A DNA stretch of 64,000 nucleotides from Bacteroidia bacterium (GTDB taxonomy: Bacteria > Bacteroidota > Bacteroidia > B-17B0 > Aurantibacillaceae): NCBI GenBank assembly GCA_044344665.1, contig JBIJCO010000015.1, positions 812-64,811 on the forward strand, read 5' to 3'. Under the pieces are notes generated by a model, which was given only the letters and a program-made list of their open reading frames with translations, had not been told where the DNA came from and did no database searches. Below, one piece after another: positions 10,594-20,358 of the stretch. The position numbers were made by a program, and so were the translations under genes. Position 1 is the stretch's first letter. Each line of letters starts with the position of its first letter.

Positions 10594-10654
10594 TTCTGTT
10601 TTTTTGATTTAGCCTAATTTTGTAGATTTATAAAAATAAAAATTACGTTTACGT

Positions 10655-12343
10655 ATGGAACAATTAATTGAATGTGTACCAAACTTTAGTGAGGGTGTTG
10701 ATTTAAATATTATTAAACAAATTACTGATGTTATTGAAAGTGTTGAGGGGGTTAAGTTATTGAATGTAGATCCTGGTAAGGCCACTAATCGCACAGTAGT
10801 TACATTTGTAGGAAATCCTAAATATGTTATTGATGCTGCGTTTCTTGCCATAAAAAAAGCAGGGGAGTTAATTGATATGAGCAAACATAAAGGTGAACAC
10901 CCACGAATGGGCGCTACAGATGTTTGCCCGTTAATTCCAATAAGTAATATAACCATGCAGGAAACCGCTGAATATGCAAAGCAATTGGGTAAACGAGTGG
11001 GCGAGGAATTGAAAATTCCGGTTTATTTGTATGAAGAAGCACAGCAAAATAAAAACCGCAGTAACCTTTCAGTTATCAGAAATGGAGAGTACGAAGGTTT
11101 TTTTAAAAAAATTAAATTACCTGAATGGAAACCTGATTTTGGTCCTGATGAATTTGATAAACATCGTGGAGGCACTGTAATTGGTGCTCGCGATTTTTTG
11201 GTTGCATATAATATTAACCTAAATACAACATCTACACGCAGGGCTAATTCTATTGCTTTTGATGTAAGAGAAGCAGGAAGGGTTGAAAGGGAAGGAAATT
11301 CATTAACCGGAAAAATTATTTTAAATGCCGATGGTTCTCCAAAATCAGTCCCTGGAACATTAAAATCGGTAAAGGCAATAGGTTGGTATATTGAAGAATA
11401 TGGCGTGTGTCAAATTTCAATGAATTTAACTAACATAAATATTACTCCTGTTCATATTGCGTTTGATGAAGTGTGTAAAAAAGCTACCGAGCGCGGGATA
11501 AGGGTTACCGGATCTGAGTTAGTTGGATTAATTCCATTAAAATCTTTGTTGGATGCCGGAGCTTATTTTTTGAAAAAACAAAACAGATCAACCGGAGTAA
11601 GTGAAAGCGAATTAATCAAGATTGCAGTTAAATCTATGGGTTTAGACGAATTATGTCCGTTTAAGCCGGAAGAAAGAATTATAGAATATTTATTAAAAGA
11701 AAAAGCCGATTCTAAATTAGTTAGCATGAATTTAGCTGCTTTTGCAGATGAAACCGCAAGCGAGAGTCCGGCACCAGGAGGAGGTTCTATTTCTGCCTAT
11801 GTTGGTAGTTTAGGAATTTCGTTAGCAACGATGGTGGCTAATTTAAGTTCTCATAAAAAAGGCTGGGATGATAGATGGGAAGAGTACAGTAATTGGGCAG
11901 AAAAAGGACAAAAAATTAAAAATGAATTGTTACGTTTGGTAGATGCCGATACTGCGGCATTTAATAAAATTATGACCGCGTTTTCTTTGCCAAAAGCTAC
12001 TGATGAAGAAAAGAAAAAAAGAACAGATGCTATACAAGAAGCCACAAAATTTGCTATTGAAGTGCCATTTAAAGTAATGCAATTAAGTTTTGAAAGTTTA
12101 GAAATAATAAAAGCAATGGCTGAAATTGGAAATCCTAATTCAGTCAGCGATGCCGGCGTAGGGGCTTTGTGTGCAAGAACAGCTGTTATGGGAGCTTTTA
12201 TGAATGTTAGAATTAATGCGAGTGGTTACAGCGACAAAAATTTTGTTAACGATATCATTGAAAAAGGTAAAGCTATGGAACAAAAAACCATAGCTGTTGA
12301 AGCTTCTATATTAAAAATTGTGGACGAAAAAATAGGGATTTAA
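10655..12343 (+). CDS. ftcD: Bifunctional glutamate formimidoyltransferase / formiminotetrahydrofolate cyclodeaminase
   Basis: N-terminal ECVPNFSEG and HPRMGATDVCP; C-terminal cyclodeaminase domain with ASESPAPGGGS and GNPNSVSDAGVG. Confidence 0.93.
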   Translation: MEQLIECVPNFSEGVDLNIIKQITDVIESVEGVKLLNVDPGKATNRTVVTFVGNPKYVIDAAFLAIKKAGELIDMSKHKGEHPRMGATDVCPLIPISNITMQETAEYAKQLGKRVGEELKIPVYLYEEAQQNKNRSNLSVIRNGEYEGFFKKIKLPEWKPDFGPDEFDKHRGGTVIGARDFLVAYNINLNTTSTRRANSIAFDVREAGRVEREGNSLTGKIILNADGSPKSVPGTLKSVKAIGWYIEEYGVCQISMNLTNINITPVHIAFDEVCKKATERGIRVTGSELVGLIPLKSLLDAGAYFLKKQNRSTGVSESELIKIAVKSMGLDELCPFKPEERIIEYLLKEKADSKLVSMNLAAFADETASESPAPGGGSISAYVGSLGISLATMVANLSSHKKGWDDRWEEYSNWAEKGQKIKNELLRLVDADTAAFNKIMTAFSLPKATDEEKKKRTDAIQEATKFAIEVPFKVMQLSFESLEIIKAMAEIGNPNSVSDAGVGALCARTAVMGAFMNVRINASGYSDKNFVNDIIEKGKAMEQKTIAVEASILKIVDEKIGI

Positions 12344-12361
12344 TATCAGTATTAAATTGCC

Positions 12362-13237
12362 CTACAAAACGTTATTGGCTTGTTCTTTAATTTTTTCCAA
12401 TTCATCTTTCATTAATACAACTAATTTTTGAATTTGAGCATCGTTGGCTTTAGAGCCTATGGTATTAATTTCTCTTCCTATTTCTTGACTAATGAAATTT
12501 AGTTTTCTTCCCGGCGACGATTCTTTGCAAGTGTCAATAAAATAATCAAGGTGCGTTTTTAAACGTACTTTCTCTTCGTTAATATCTAGTTTTTCAACAT
12601 AATAAATTAACTCTTGTTCAAATCTGTTTTCATCAATTTTTCCTTTGCCAATAACATCTATTATGTTATTTCTTATTCTATCTTTAATTGAGTTAATTCG
12701 AATAAAATCAAGCGTTTTAATCTCTTCAAGGCAAGTTTCAATTTTAGATAAACGTGTTTCAAAATCTGTTTTTAAGGAAAGACCTTCTAGTTCTCTGAAA
12801 TTATTTAATTGCAAAACGGCTTCGTTAACACATTGTTTAATTTGTTTCCATTCTAAATCGTCAGTTTCCTTCCGTTCACTTTTTAAAACATCCGGAAACT
12901 TTAAAACTTGAGTCAGCAAACCAACACCATTAGCCGGTTCATTAAGTTCGTTTGCTAATTTAACTAGTTGTTGGTAGTAGGCTTTTGCAAGTTCAATATT
13001 TATCTCAACAGGCGTTTCGGTTTTTTTTGACTCGATGTAAATGCTCAAATCAATTTTACCGCGCTCAAGTTGTTTTGAGAGTTCATTTCTAAGTTCTAAT
13101 TCATAATTTCTTAAACCCGATGAAAGTCTTAAGCTAATGTCTGCGCTTTTGCTATTTAATGAACGTATTTCAACCGTAACAGTTTTATCTTGTAATTCTA
13201 ATGTGGCTTTACCAAAGCCCGTCATTGATTTAATCAT
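12362..13237 (-). CDS. YicC/YloC family endoribonuclease
   Basis: MIKSMTGFG, EIRSLNSK, DINEEKVRL, GRKLNFISQEIGREINTIGSKAN, LEKIKEQANNVL. Confidence 0.93.
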   Translation of the reverse strand: MIKSMTGFGKATLELQDKTVTVEIRSLNSKSADISLRLSSGLRNYELELRNELSKQLERGKIDLSIYIESKKTETPVEINIELAKAYYQQLVKLANELNEPANGVGLLTQVLKFPDVLKSERKETDDLEWKQIKQCVNEAVLQLNNFRELEGLSLKTDFETRLSKIETCLEEIKTLDFIRINSIKDRIRNNIIDVIGKGKIDENRFEQELIYYVEKLDINEEKVRLKTHLDYFIDTCKESSPGRKLNFISQEIGREINTIGSKANDAQIQKLVVLMKDELEKIKEQANNVL

Positions 13238-14126
13238 AAGTAGTTTTTTTGGGTTTAAAGTTTACCAAATAAAGTCCGAAAATTATTAAAATTCCTGAAA
13301 ATATTTTTATGAGCGTTAATCTATCGTCGCCCATTAAAATGGCAAAAATACTTGCTAAAAATGGTTGTAAGTAAATATACATGCTTACTGTGCTTGAACT
13401 TAGTTCTTTTAGCCCATATAAGTTTAATAAATAAGCTAAAAATGTGGTTGCTACAACTACAAATACAATTGAGAAAATTGCATTATAGGTAAAATTATGC
13501 CAGTTAGTTAGAAGTGTATCTTCTAAGCCAATAGGTAACATGTAAATACTTCCAAATAAAAATAACCATTTCATGACTGTTATGGTATTGTATTTTTTCA
13601 TAATTGGTTTTACCGCAACAATAAATATGGCCCATGATGCTGAATTAATTAAAGTCATTAAATCTCCTGCAATTGTTTCACTTCCAAAATCAAAATTGCC
13701 TTTAAATAGTAACAATGTTAATGCACCTACTATAGCAATTGAAAGCCCACTAAATTTTAAAAAAGTGATACGTTCTTTAAATAATATTAACGTAAAAATA
13801 AAAACCATTATGGGATTGGATACCATAATAATTGCTGAGTTAATCGGATGGGTCAGGCTTAGTCCATAAATAAAAAATACTTGATTAACCACTATTCCAA
13901 AAATGGCTAATAGAAGCATTCTTAATAAATCTTTTTTTTCTACGCGTTCTGATTTTACAAAAAAAGAGAGAACCCAAAAAAGTAAGCAAGCTCCGGTTAT
14001 TCTTAAAAAAACTAACGCGAGTGGTCCAATGAAATTCGGCATTAAATTTTTAGCAATAGAATAATTTAGCGCGTAAATAACTTGTGCCGAAAATAATGCA
14101 ATATGTCCTTTTAATGCTTTTGTCAA
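13230..14126 (-). CDS. DMT/EamA family transporter
   Basis: 10 hydrophobic helices in two EamA-like repeats; overlaps the yicC start by 8 nt. Confidence 0.9.
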   Translation of the reverse strand: MTKALKGHIALFSAQVIYALNYSIAKNLMPNFIGPLALVFLRITGACLLFWVLSFFVKSERVEKKDLLRMLLLAIFGIVVNQVFFIYGLSLTHPINSAIIMVSNPIMVFIFTLILFKERITFLKFSGLSIAIVGALTLLLFKGNFDFGSETIAGDLMTLINSASWAIFIVAVKPIMKKYNTITVMKWLFLFGSIYMLPIGLEDTLLTNWHNFTYNAIFSIVFVVVATTFLAYLLNLYGLKELSSSTVSMYIYLQPFLASIFAILMGDDRLTLIKIFSGILIIFGLYLVNFKPKKTTYD

Positions 14127-14133
14127 TGCGCTG

Positions 14134-14141
14134 CAAATATA
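14134..14141 (-). promoter_or_regulatory. Bacteroidota -7 box for the EamA-yicC operon
   Basis: TATATTTG(CA) on the minus strand, 7 nt upstream of the TTG start at 14126. Confidence 0.6.
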
Positions 14142-14204
14142 CCAACACTTGGGCTATTTTTGCTATCAACAATTTTAATTATTAATGTATTTTTGTTATT
14201 AATC

Positions 14205-14990
14205 ATGTTAGTTAAAGATCAATTAGGAAATGTTTTGCAATTTTCTCAAGAGCCCAAACGCATCGTTTCTGCTGTGCCTTCGCAATCTGAGTTTTTATGG
14301 GATATTGGTTTGCAGCAAAAAATAATTGGCATTACTAAATTTTGTATTCATCCGGATAAGATGTATAAAAGTGTTGAAAGAGTAGGTGGAACAAAAAATC
14401 TAGATATTGAAAAAATAAGAAGTTTAAATCCTGATTTAATTATTGCGAATAAGGAAGAAAATGAAAAAGCAGATATTGAATTATTGCAAAAAGAATTTAA
14501 TGTTTGGATAAGTGATATAGTCTCTTTGGAGGACGCCTACAGTATGATGTTGGATTTGGGCGCTTTATTTGGTAAAGAAATTGAAACAACTAAAATTGTT
14601 AATGATATAATTAAATTGGTTGAAGAGATTAAACATATCTTCGAAAAACAAAGGGTAGCCTATTTTATTTGGGGTAAACCTTATATGTTTGCGGCTAAAA
14701 ACACATTTATTGATGTTGTAATTAATCATATTGGATTAAGTAATGTTTTATCGTACCATGAACGTTACCCTCAATTAACTATTTCGGAATTACAAAAATT
14801 TAATCCCGAATTTTGTTTTTTATCAAGTGAGCCTTTTCCGTTTAAAGCAAAGCATGTAAATGAAATAAAACAAATTTTACCTGATTCTAAAATAATTAGT
14901 GTTGATGGCGAAATGTTCAGTTGGTATGGATCACGTTTATTAAAATTAAATAGCTACATTAAAGAGTTAAAAAAACAAATTTATGCTTAG
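14205..14990 (+). CDS. Helical-backbone metal receptor (BtuF/TroA-like substrate-binding fold)
   Basis: PKRIVSAVPSQSEFL, GITKFCIHP, VGGTK, PDLIIANKEEN, LSSEPFPF, VDGEMFSWYGSR. ORF track starts at 14160 (TTG); the ATG at 14205 (MLVKDQLG) is more likely. Confidence 0.85.
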   Translation: MLVKDQLGNVLQFSQEPKRIVSAVPSQSEFLWDIGLQQKIIGITKFCIHPDKMYKSVERVGGTKNLDIEKIRSLNPDLIIANKEENEKADIELLQKEFNVWISDIVSLEDAYSMMLDLGALFGKEIETTKIVNDIIKLVEEIKHIFEKQRVAYFIWGKPYMFAAKNTFIDVVINHIGLSNVLSYHERYPQLTISELQKFNPEFCFLSSEPFPFKAKHVNEIKQILPDSKIISVDGEMFSWYGSRLLKLNSYIKELKKQIYA

Positions 14991-16257
14991 TGTTTTATTA
15001 ATAATTGTATTTGTGATTTCTTATTCACTTATTGCTTTTGAGCATAAAATAAACATCAATAAAGCTGCAATAGCCTTATTTTCAGGTGTTTTAAGCTGGA
15101 TATTTGTTATGCTTTATTCAACTAATGTTGAAATTCAGAATGAGTTGTTAATGCATCACGTTTCTGAGATTGCCGGTATATTGTTTTTTTTAATGGGTGC
15201 TATGACTATTGTTGAACTTATTGATGCGCATAACGGTTTTGATATTATCACAAGACAATTGCTTAAAGTAAAACCATTTACTTTAATATGGCTGGTTGCA
15301 ATTGTAACTTTTATATTATCTGCCGTTCTTGATAATTTAACTACTACTATTTTAATTATCTCATTGTTGCGTAAATTACTAGTTGAAGGAAAATTAAGAC
15401 TTTACCTTACCGGATTAGTAATAATTGCAGCAAATGCCGGTGGAGCCTTTAGTCCTATTGGCGATGTAACAACAACTATGTTATGGATTGGAGGGCAGGT
15501 TAGTACAGATAACATAATAACCGCTTTATTTATACCAAGTGTTATTAATTTATTGCTTCCATTAATAATAATTTATATAATTATCAAAAGACAAAAACTT
15601 TTTAATACTAATTCATTCAATAAAATTGAAAGTCTTTTTGTTAAGCAAGACAACTCTTTACTTATTTTATGTTTAGGTTTATTAATATTAATTGCTGTGC
15701 CTGTTTTTAAAGTTGTTTTTCATTTGCCACCTTTTATGGGTGTTTTATTTGGTCTTGGTTTGTTGTGGTGCATTACTGAACTTAAAAATGGTAAACGCGA
15801 AGAAGTAGATAAAAAAAATTATTCGGTAGCATTTGCTTTACGAAATATTGATACGCCAAGTATTTTATTTTTTTTGGGAATATTGTTAAGTATTTCAGCT
15901 TTGCAATCAGGTGGAGTGTTAGCATATTTAGCAGAAGTATTAAAAAATATTTTAGGGTCAGAAAAATTGATTTTACTTTTTACCGGATTTGCGAGTGCCA
16001 TTATAGATAATGTGCCTTTGGTTGCTGCATATCAAGGGATGTATCCTTTAAATGAATTTATGTTAGATAGTTCGTTTTGGCATTTATTGGCTTATTGTAG
16101 TGGTACAGGAGGCAGTATGCTAATAATTGGTTCAGCTGCAGGCGTTGTTGCCATGGGCATTGAAAAAATTAGTTTTAGCTGGTATTTAAAAAACATTTCG
16201 TGGCTTGCTTTAATTGGTTATTTAGGAGGATTTATTACATATATTATTATAAATTAA
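14983..16257 (+). CDS. nhaD: Sodium:proton antiporter, NhaD family
   Basis: FFLMGAMTIVE, SAVLDNLTT, ANAGGAFSPIGDVTT, SAIIDNVPLVAA, GTGGSMLIIGSAAGV. Confidence 0.9.
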   Translation: MLSVLLIIVFVISYSLIAFEHKININKAAIALFSGVLSWIFVMLYSTNVEIQNELLMHHVSEIAGILFFLMGAMTIVELIDAHNGFDIITRQLLKVKPFTLIWLVAIVTFILSAVLDNLTTTILIISLLRKLLVEGKLRLYLTGLVIIAANAGGAFSPIGDVTTTMLWIGGQVSTDNIITALFIPSVINLLLPLIIIYIIIKRQKLFNTNSFNKIESLFVKQDNSLLILCLGLLILIAVPVFKVVFHLPPFMGVLFGLGLLWCITELKNGKREEVDKKNYSVAFALRNIDTPSILFFLGILLSISALQSGGVLAYLAEVLKNILGSEKLILLFTGFASAIIDNVPLVAAYQGMYPLNEFMLDSSFWHLLAYCSGTGGSMLIIGSAAGVVAMGIEKISFSWYLKNISWLALIGYLGGFITYIIIN

Positions 16258-16268
16258 AAAAATAAGTT

Positions 16269-16745
16269 ATGATTGCTGAACAAATTATAAAAAATTTAAA
16301 GTTATTACCTCATCCTGAAGGAGGTTATTATAAAGAAATGTATCGCTCTAAACAAAAAGTTAATTTAGATTCGGGTAAGTCAAGAAATGTAAGTACATCC
16401 ATTTATTATTTATTAGAAAATGAGGATAAATCTCGCTTTCATAGAATTGAATCTGATGAATTGTGGTTTTTTCATCAGGGGAATCCACTTGAAATTGTTT
16501 CAATACAAAACGGCTTATTAATAAAAACTATTTTAGGAAATAATTTTGAAAATGGCGAAGTGCTGCAAGCTGTTATTCCTGCGCATACATGGTTTGCTTC
16601 AAGAGTTAAAAATAATATAGGATATGCTTTGGTAAGTTGTACCGTTGCTCCGGGTTTTGATTTTGACGATTTTGAATTAGCTAATAAAGAAGAATTATTA
16701 AAAGATTTTCCTGACCTTATAGAATATATAGAGCAATTTACTTAG
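16269..16745 (+). CDS. Cupin domain protein (Cupin_5/DUF985 family)
   Basis: LLPHPEGGYY, TSIYYLL, HRIESDELWFFH, SCTVAPGFDF. Confidence 0.9.
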   Translation: MIAEQIIKNLKLLPHPEGGYYKEMYRSKQKVNLDSGKSRNVSTSIYYLLENEDKSRFHRIESDELWFFHQGNPLEIVSIQNGLLIKTILGNNFENGEVLQAVIPAHTWFASRVKNNIGYALVSCTVAPGFDFDDFELANKEELLKDFPDLIEYIEQFT

Positions 16746-16761
16746 CCAGATAATAAAAAAT

Positions 16762-16792
16762 AAAAAAGTCCTCACGAAAGAGAGGACTTTTT
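16762..16792. terminator. Bidirectional Rho-independent terminator between the cupin gene and fumC
   Basis: 11-bp stem AAAAAGTCCTC / GAGGACTTTTT with 8-nt loop between convergent genes. Confidence 0.85.
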
Positions 16793-16810
16793 ATAATAGT
16801 TTTATTTCAT

Positions 16811-18208
16811 TTATTTTAAACTTCCAACCATGTCTTCGGGTTTTACCCATTGGTCAAATTGTTCGTTAGTCAGGTAACCTAATTCTATAGCTGCTTCGCG
16901 CAATGTTTTATTTTCTTTGTGCGCTGTTTTTGCAATTTTAGCAGCTTTTTCATAACCAATGTGAGTATTTAAAGCTGTAACTAGCATTAATGAATTTTCT
17001 AAATGTTGTTTAATTACCGGTAAATTTGGTTCAATACCAACTGCACATTTATCATTAAAACTAACGCAGGCATCTCCAATTAGTCTGGCACTTTGTAAAA
17101 CGTTAGCAGCAATTAACGGTTTAAATACGTTTAGTTCAAAATGTCCATTCATGCCTCCAACAGATACAGCAACATCATTTCCTATTACCTGCGCGCAAAC
17201 CATTGTCATAGCTTCAGGTTGTGTTGGATTTACTTTGCCAGGCATAATAGAACTCCCTGGCTCATTATCAGGAATAATTAATTCGCCAATTCCGCAACGA
17301 GGTCCAGAAGATAACATGCGCACATCGTTTGCAATTTTCATTAAAGCAATTGCAGTACGTTTTAATGCCCCACTTAATTCTACCATTGCATCGTGAGCAG
17401 CTAATGCTTCAAATTTGTTTGGAGCGGTTACAAAAGGCAATTTGGTTAATTCAGCAATTTTTTTGGCAACTAAAACGTCATAACCTTTAGGCGTATTAAG
17501 ACCTGTACCTACGGCGGTTCCTCCTAAAGCTAATTCACTAACAGCTTCTAAAGCATTTTTTAACGCTCGAATGCTCATGTTTAATTGTTGCACATATCCG
17601 CTAAATTCTTGACCCAAGGTTAGAGGAGTGGCATCCATAAAATGTGTACGGCCTGTTTTGGTAATGGTTGCAAAATCTTTCGATTTGTGTTCTAAAGTGG
17701 ATTTTAATTTCTCTAATCCAGGTATTGTAATTTCTACTACCTGCTTATATGCTGCAATGTGCATAGCAGTTGGATAAGTATCGTTACTTGATTGTGATTT
17801 ATTTACATCATCATTAGGATGTAAAATTTTAGGTTCATCTTCTAATTTTCCGCCATTCATTACATGGGCGCGGTAGGCAATAACTTCATTACTATTCATG
17901 TTGCTTTGTGTACCTGAACCAGTTTGCCAAATAACAAGAGGGAACTGATCGTCAAGTTTTCCTGCAATTATTTCATCGCAGGCTTTACAAATCAAATCGC
18001 ATTTTTCTTTGCTTAAAACTCCAAGTTCGTTGTTGGCAATTGCAGCAGCTTTTTTTAAATAACCAAAAGCGTAAATTACTTCTTTTGGCATGCTGGCTTC
18101 TGGACCAATTTTAAAATTATTTCGGCTACGTTCTGTTTGTGCTCCCCAGTAAACGTTCGCAGGTACCTTTACCTCGCCCATTGTGTCTTTTTCAATTCTG
18201 TAATCCAT
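16811..18208 (-). CDS. fumC: Class II fumarate hydratase
   Basis: [55 protein letters not shown] signature. Confidence 0.98.
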   Translation of the reverse strand: MDYRIEKDTMGEVKVPANVYWGAQTERSRNNFKIGPEASMPKEVIYAFGYLKKAAAIANNELGVLSKEKCDLICKACDEIIAGKLDDQFPLVIWQTGSGTQSNMNSNEVIAYRAHVMNGGKLEDEPKILHPNDDVNKSQSSNDTYPTAMHIAAYKQVVEITIPGLEKLKSTLEHKSKDFATITKTGRTHFMDATPLTLGQEFSGYVQQLNMSIRALKNALEAVSELALGGTAVGTGLNTPKGYDVLVAKKIAELTKLPFVTAPNKFEALAAHDAMVELSGALKRTAIALMKIANDVRMLSSGPRCGIGELIIPDNEPGSSIMPGKVNPTQPEAMTMVCAQVIGNDVAVSVGGMNGHFELNVFKPLIAANVLQSARLIGDACVSFNDKCAVGIEPNLPVIKQHLENSLMLVTALNTHIGYEKAAKIAKTAHKENKTLREAAIELGYLTNEQFDQWVKPEDMVGSLK

Positions 18209-18342
18209 AATTTATGTGTTTTTTTAGCTTTATTAAAGTGATTTTAAAGCGGTAAATTTAGGATTAATAAAGGTTTTTACAAATTAATAAACTCTGTAAG
18301 ATTTGGTTTTTAATTGATTAAAGTAAATTCCTTTGATGCGAA

Positions 18343-19428
18343 TTAATTAACAATTACTTTAAATGAATGTGTTGTGTTCTCTACTAAAATAGTACATGAA
18401 TATTCTCCGCATTGCAGATTTGAGTTGCTTTTAAAAATAGTATTTTTAGTAGTATCTAATTTTAAAAAATTTTCTGAAAAAATTAATCTTCCGCTTTTAT
18501 CAGTTAGTAAAATAATAATTTTTTCGTTGTTGTATATACCTGATATTTCAGCATTAAAATTACCATTGCTAGGGTTTGGATAAATAATAAAACTTAAATT
18601 TTTTTCTTTTATGTAATTTACAGATATCAGTTTACTCATTGAAAATTTACCATCAATATCAACATGTTTTAATCTGTAGTAAGTTGTATTTTCCTTTATG
18701 CTGCCATCTATGGCAGAATAATTTAATTGTGTTGTGCTATTTCCGTTTGATGATTTTGAAGGTATTGTAAATAAGTATTCAAAATGGCTGCCGTCAGTAC
18801 TTTTTTCAATGTCAAAATAGTTTGATTTACTTTCTGTTGCAGTGTTCCAGGATAATTCAACTGCATCATCAATTATTTTACCAGAAAAAGAAATTAACTC
18901 AATTGGTAAAACTGTACTAAAACATGGTAAACAATTTGGACCAGAGAATATTCCCATTCCTGAACTCCAAACTACTGTGTTGCAAATATCTATCAGATTT
19001 GAGTTACCGCTGCCTCCGCTACCAGGAATAATATATCCACCTGCATACACTGTTATTTGAGAATTACAAGGCAAGGTTAACTTATTTCCGGTAATGAATT
19101 TTAAGTTACCGTATATTAAAATTTGAATTGGAGAAACACAAGTATAGTTTTGTTGCGTAGAAACTGTAATAGTTTTTCCTGCAGGTATAATAATGGAGTC
19201 GCCACAAGTTGGAACTGATCCACATGACCATGAACTTGAATTCGACCAATTTCCGTTTGTAATAGCAATGCATTTATTTGCATGAACACTTGTAATGTTT
19301 GTTGTAATTAACACAATTGGTATTAATAAAAGTTTCAATTTTCTATTACAATCACTTTTATTAATTAAATCTGAGAAGGTTTTGAATAGAAATTCCTTTA
19401 AATATTTTACAAAAGTTTCCATAATCAA
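18343..19428 (-). CDS. T9SS-secreted protein (Cys-rich G8-like N-terminal region, LPIEL-type domain, type A C-terminal sorting domain)
   Basis: NGNWSNSSSWSCG, VLPIELISFSG...WNTATE...F.IEKS.DG, IYPNPSNG C-terminal domain. Confidence 0.8.
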   Translation of the reverse strand: MIMETFVKYLKEFLFKTFSDLINKSDCNRKLKLLLIPIVLITTNITSVHANKCIAITNGNWSNSSSWSCGSVPTCGDSIIIPAGKTITVSTQQNYTCVSPIQILIYGNLKFITGNKLTLPCNSQITVYAGGYIIPGSGGSGNSNLIDICNTVVWSSGMGIFSGPNCLPCFSTVLPIELISFSGKIIDDAVELSWNTATESKSNYFDIEKSTDGSHFEYLFTIPSKSSNGNSTTQLNYSAIDGSIKENTTYYRLKHVDIDGKFSMSKLISVNYIKEKNLSFIIYPNPSNGNFNAEISGIYNNEKIIILLTDKSGRLIFSENFLKLDTTKNTIFKSNSNLQCGEYSCTILVENTTHSFKVIVN

Positions 19429-19536
19429 AAATAAAGCATCCGATATTTTTGATAAATGAAATTAACTTCCAAATATCATGTTATTAATCACTAAAATGGT
19501 TCTGAAAAAAAACTCGTTAGGAATTGAAAATTCAGA

Positions 19537-20280
19537 TTAATTATCTGCGATTTTTTCTAAGTCATAATCGTTATTTTCTACGATTAAGTTTAGGCTTTGA
19601 ATTAGTGTTTGTTTTTCGTCTGTCCATAAGACACTGTGTTTGTTGAATTCTTTGAGTGTACATGCACTTGCTGAAAATTTACTTTTAATTAAACTATTAT
19701 CTTTAGCAATCAATGCATAAACAGGGAGGTATTCTGTTTTGTCGTATTCGTATAATTTATATTTTTCAATTAATTTAATTAAACCCTCATGGTAAACAGG
19801 ATTAGTTGCATAGCCGCAGTTTTTTAAACCAATTGACCAACTTTTATAGTCTGTAATAGAAAGTGTAAATAGGTTTTTGTAACGAGGTCTCGAAGTTAAA
19901 AAATGACTATGGTCAGCATACGATTCTCTTGCGTTTTTATAACTTCTGAAACATTCATTTAAACTGTCATCGCTTTTTCTAATTGTGTCTCCAAACCATT
20001 CTAAGTGACATTTTATTCCAAAATGATTATTGCCTCTTTTAGCAAGTACACTTTTTCCGCCTCCGCTTTCAAAAATTGCCTGAGCTAGAGTAATGCTTGC
20101 TGGAATTTTATATTCAATCATTTGATTGATGGCCTCGGGAGCAAATGCTTTGATGTAAGTTTTAATTAAAGAATCTGATAACTGAGCCTTTAAATTAAAT
20201 GGAATAATACTTAAAATAATTAAACAACTTAACAATTTGTTTTTATTAAATCCGCCTATTGAAATAATTACTTTAATCAT
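19537..20280 (-). CDS. Glucosaminidase domain (GH73/FlgJ-like) peptidoglycan hydrolase
   Basis: IPASITLAQAIFESG, NNHFGIKCH, CFRSY, GYATNPVY, LIEKYKLYEYD. Confidence 0.9.
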   Translation of the reverse strand: MIKVIISIGGFNKNKLLSCLIILSIIPFNLKAQLSDSLIKTYIKAFAPEAINQMIEYKIPASITLAQAIFESGGGKSVLAKRGNNHFGIKCHLEWFGDTIRKSDDSLNECFRSYKNARESYADHSHFLTSRPRYKNLFTLSITDYKSWSIGLKNCGYATNPVYHEGLIKLIEKYKLYEYDKTEYLPVYALIAKDNSLIKSKFSASACTLKEFNKHSVLWTDEKQTLIQSLNLIVENNDYDLEKIADN

Positions 20281-20289
20281 CTATATTTA

Positions 20290-20297
20290 CAAATATA
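20290..20297 (-). promoter_or_regulatory. Bacteroidota -7 box
   Basis: TATATTTG on the minus strand, 9 nt upstream of the ATG at 20280. Confidence 0.55.
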
Positions 20298-20358
20298 GAA
20301 GGTCAATAATAAGCTTATTTAGACTGCAATTTTAGATATTAACATCCTGTTTTTAATA

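Noticed and set aside
14126-14205. Cobalamin riboswitch upstream of the BtuF-like gene
   Set aside because: The gap is under 80 nt, AT-rich and lacks B12-box features.
282-16792. Shared AAAAGTCCT...AGGACTTTT stem at 282 and 16762 as a REP/mobile repeat
   Set aside because: Only two copies, different loops and inner stems, both at gene ends; ordinary terminators suffice.
19537-20280. Glucosaminidase as a truncated pseudogene (no LysM)
   Set aside because: The catalytic domain is intact with its own promoter box, and I found no LysM remnant after the stop; treated as a normal single-domain gene.
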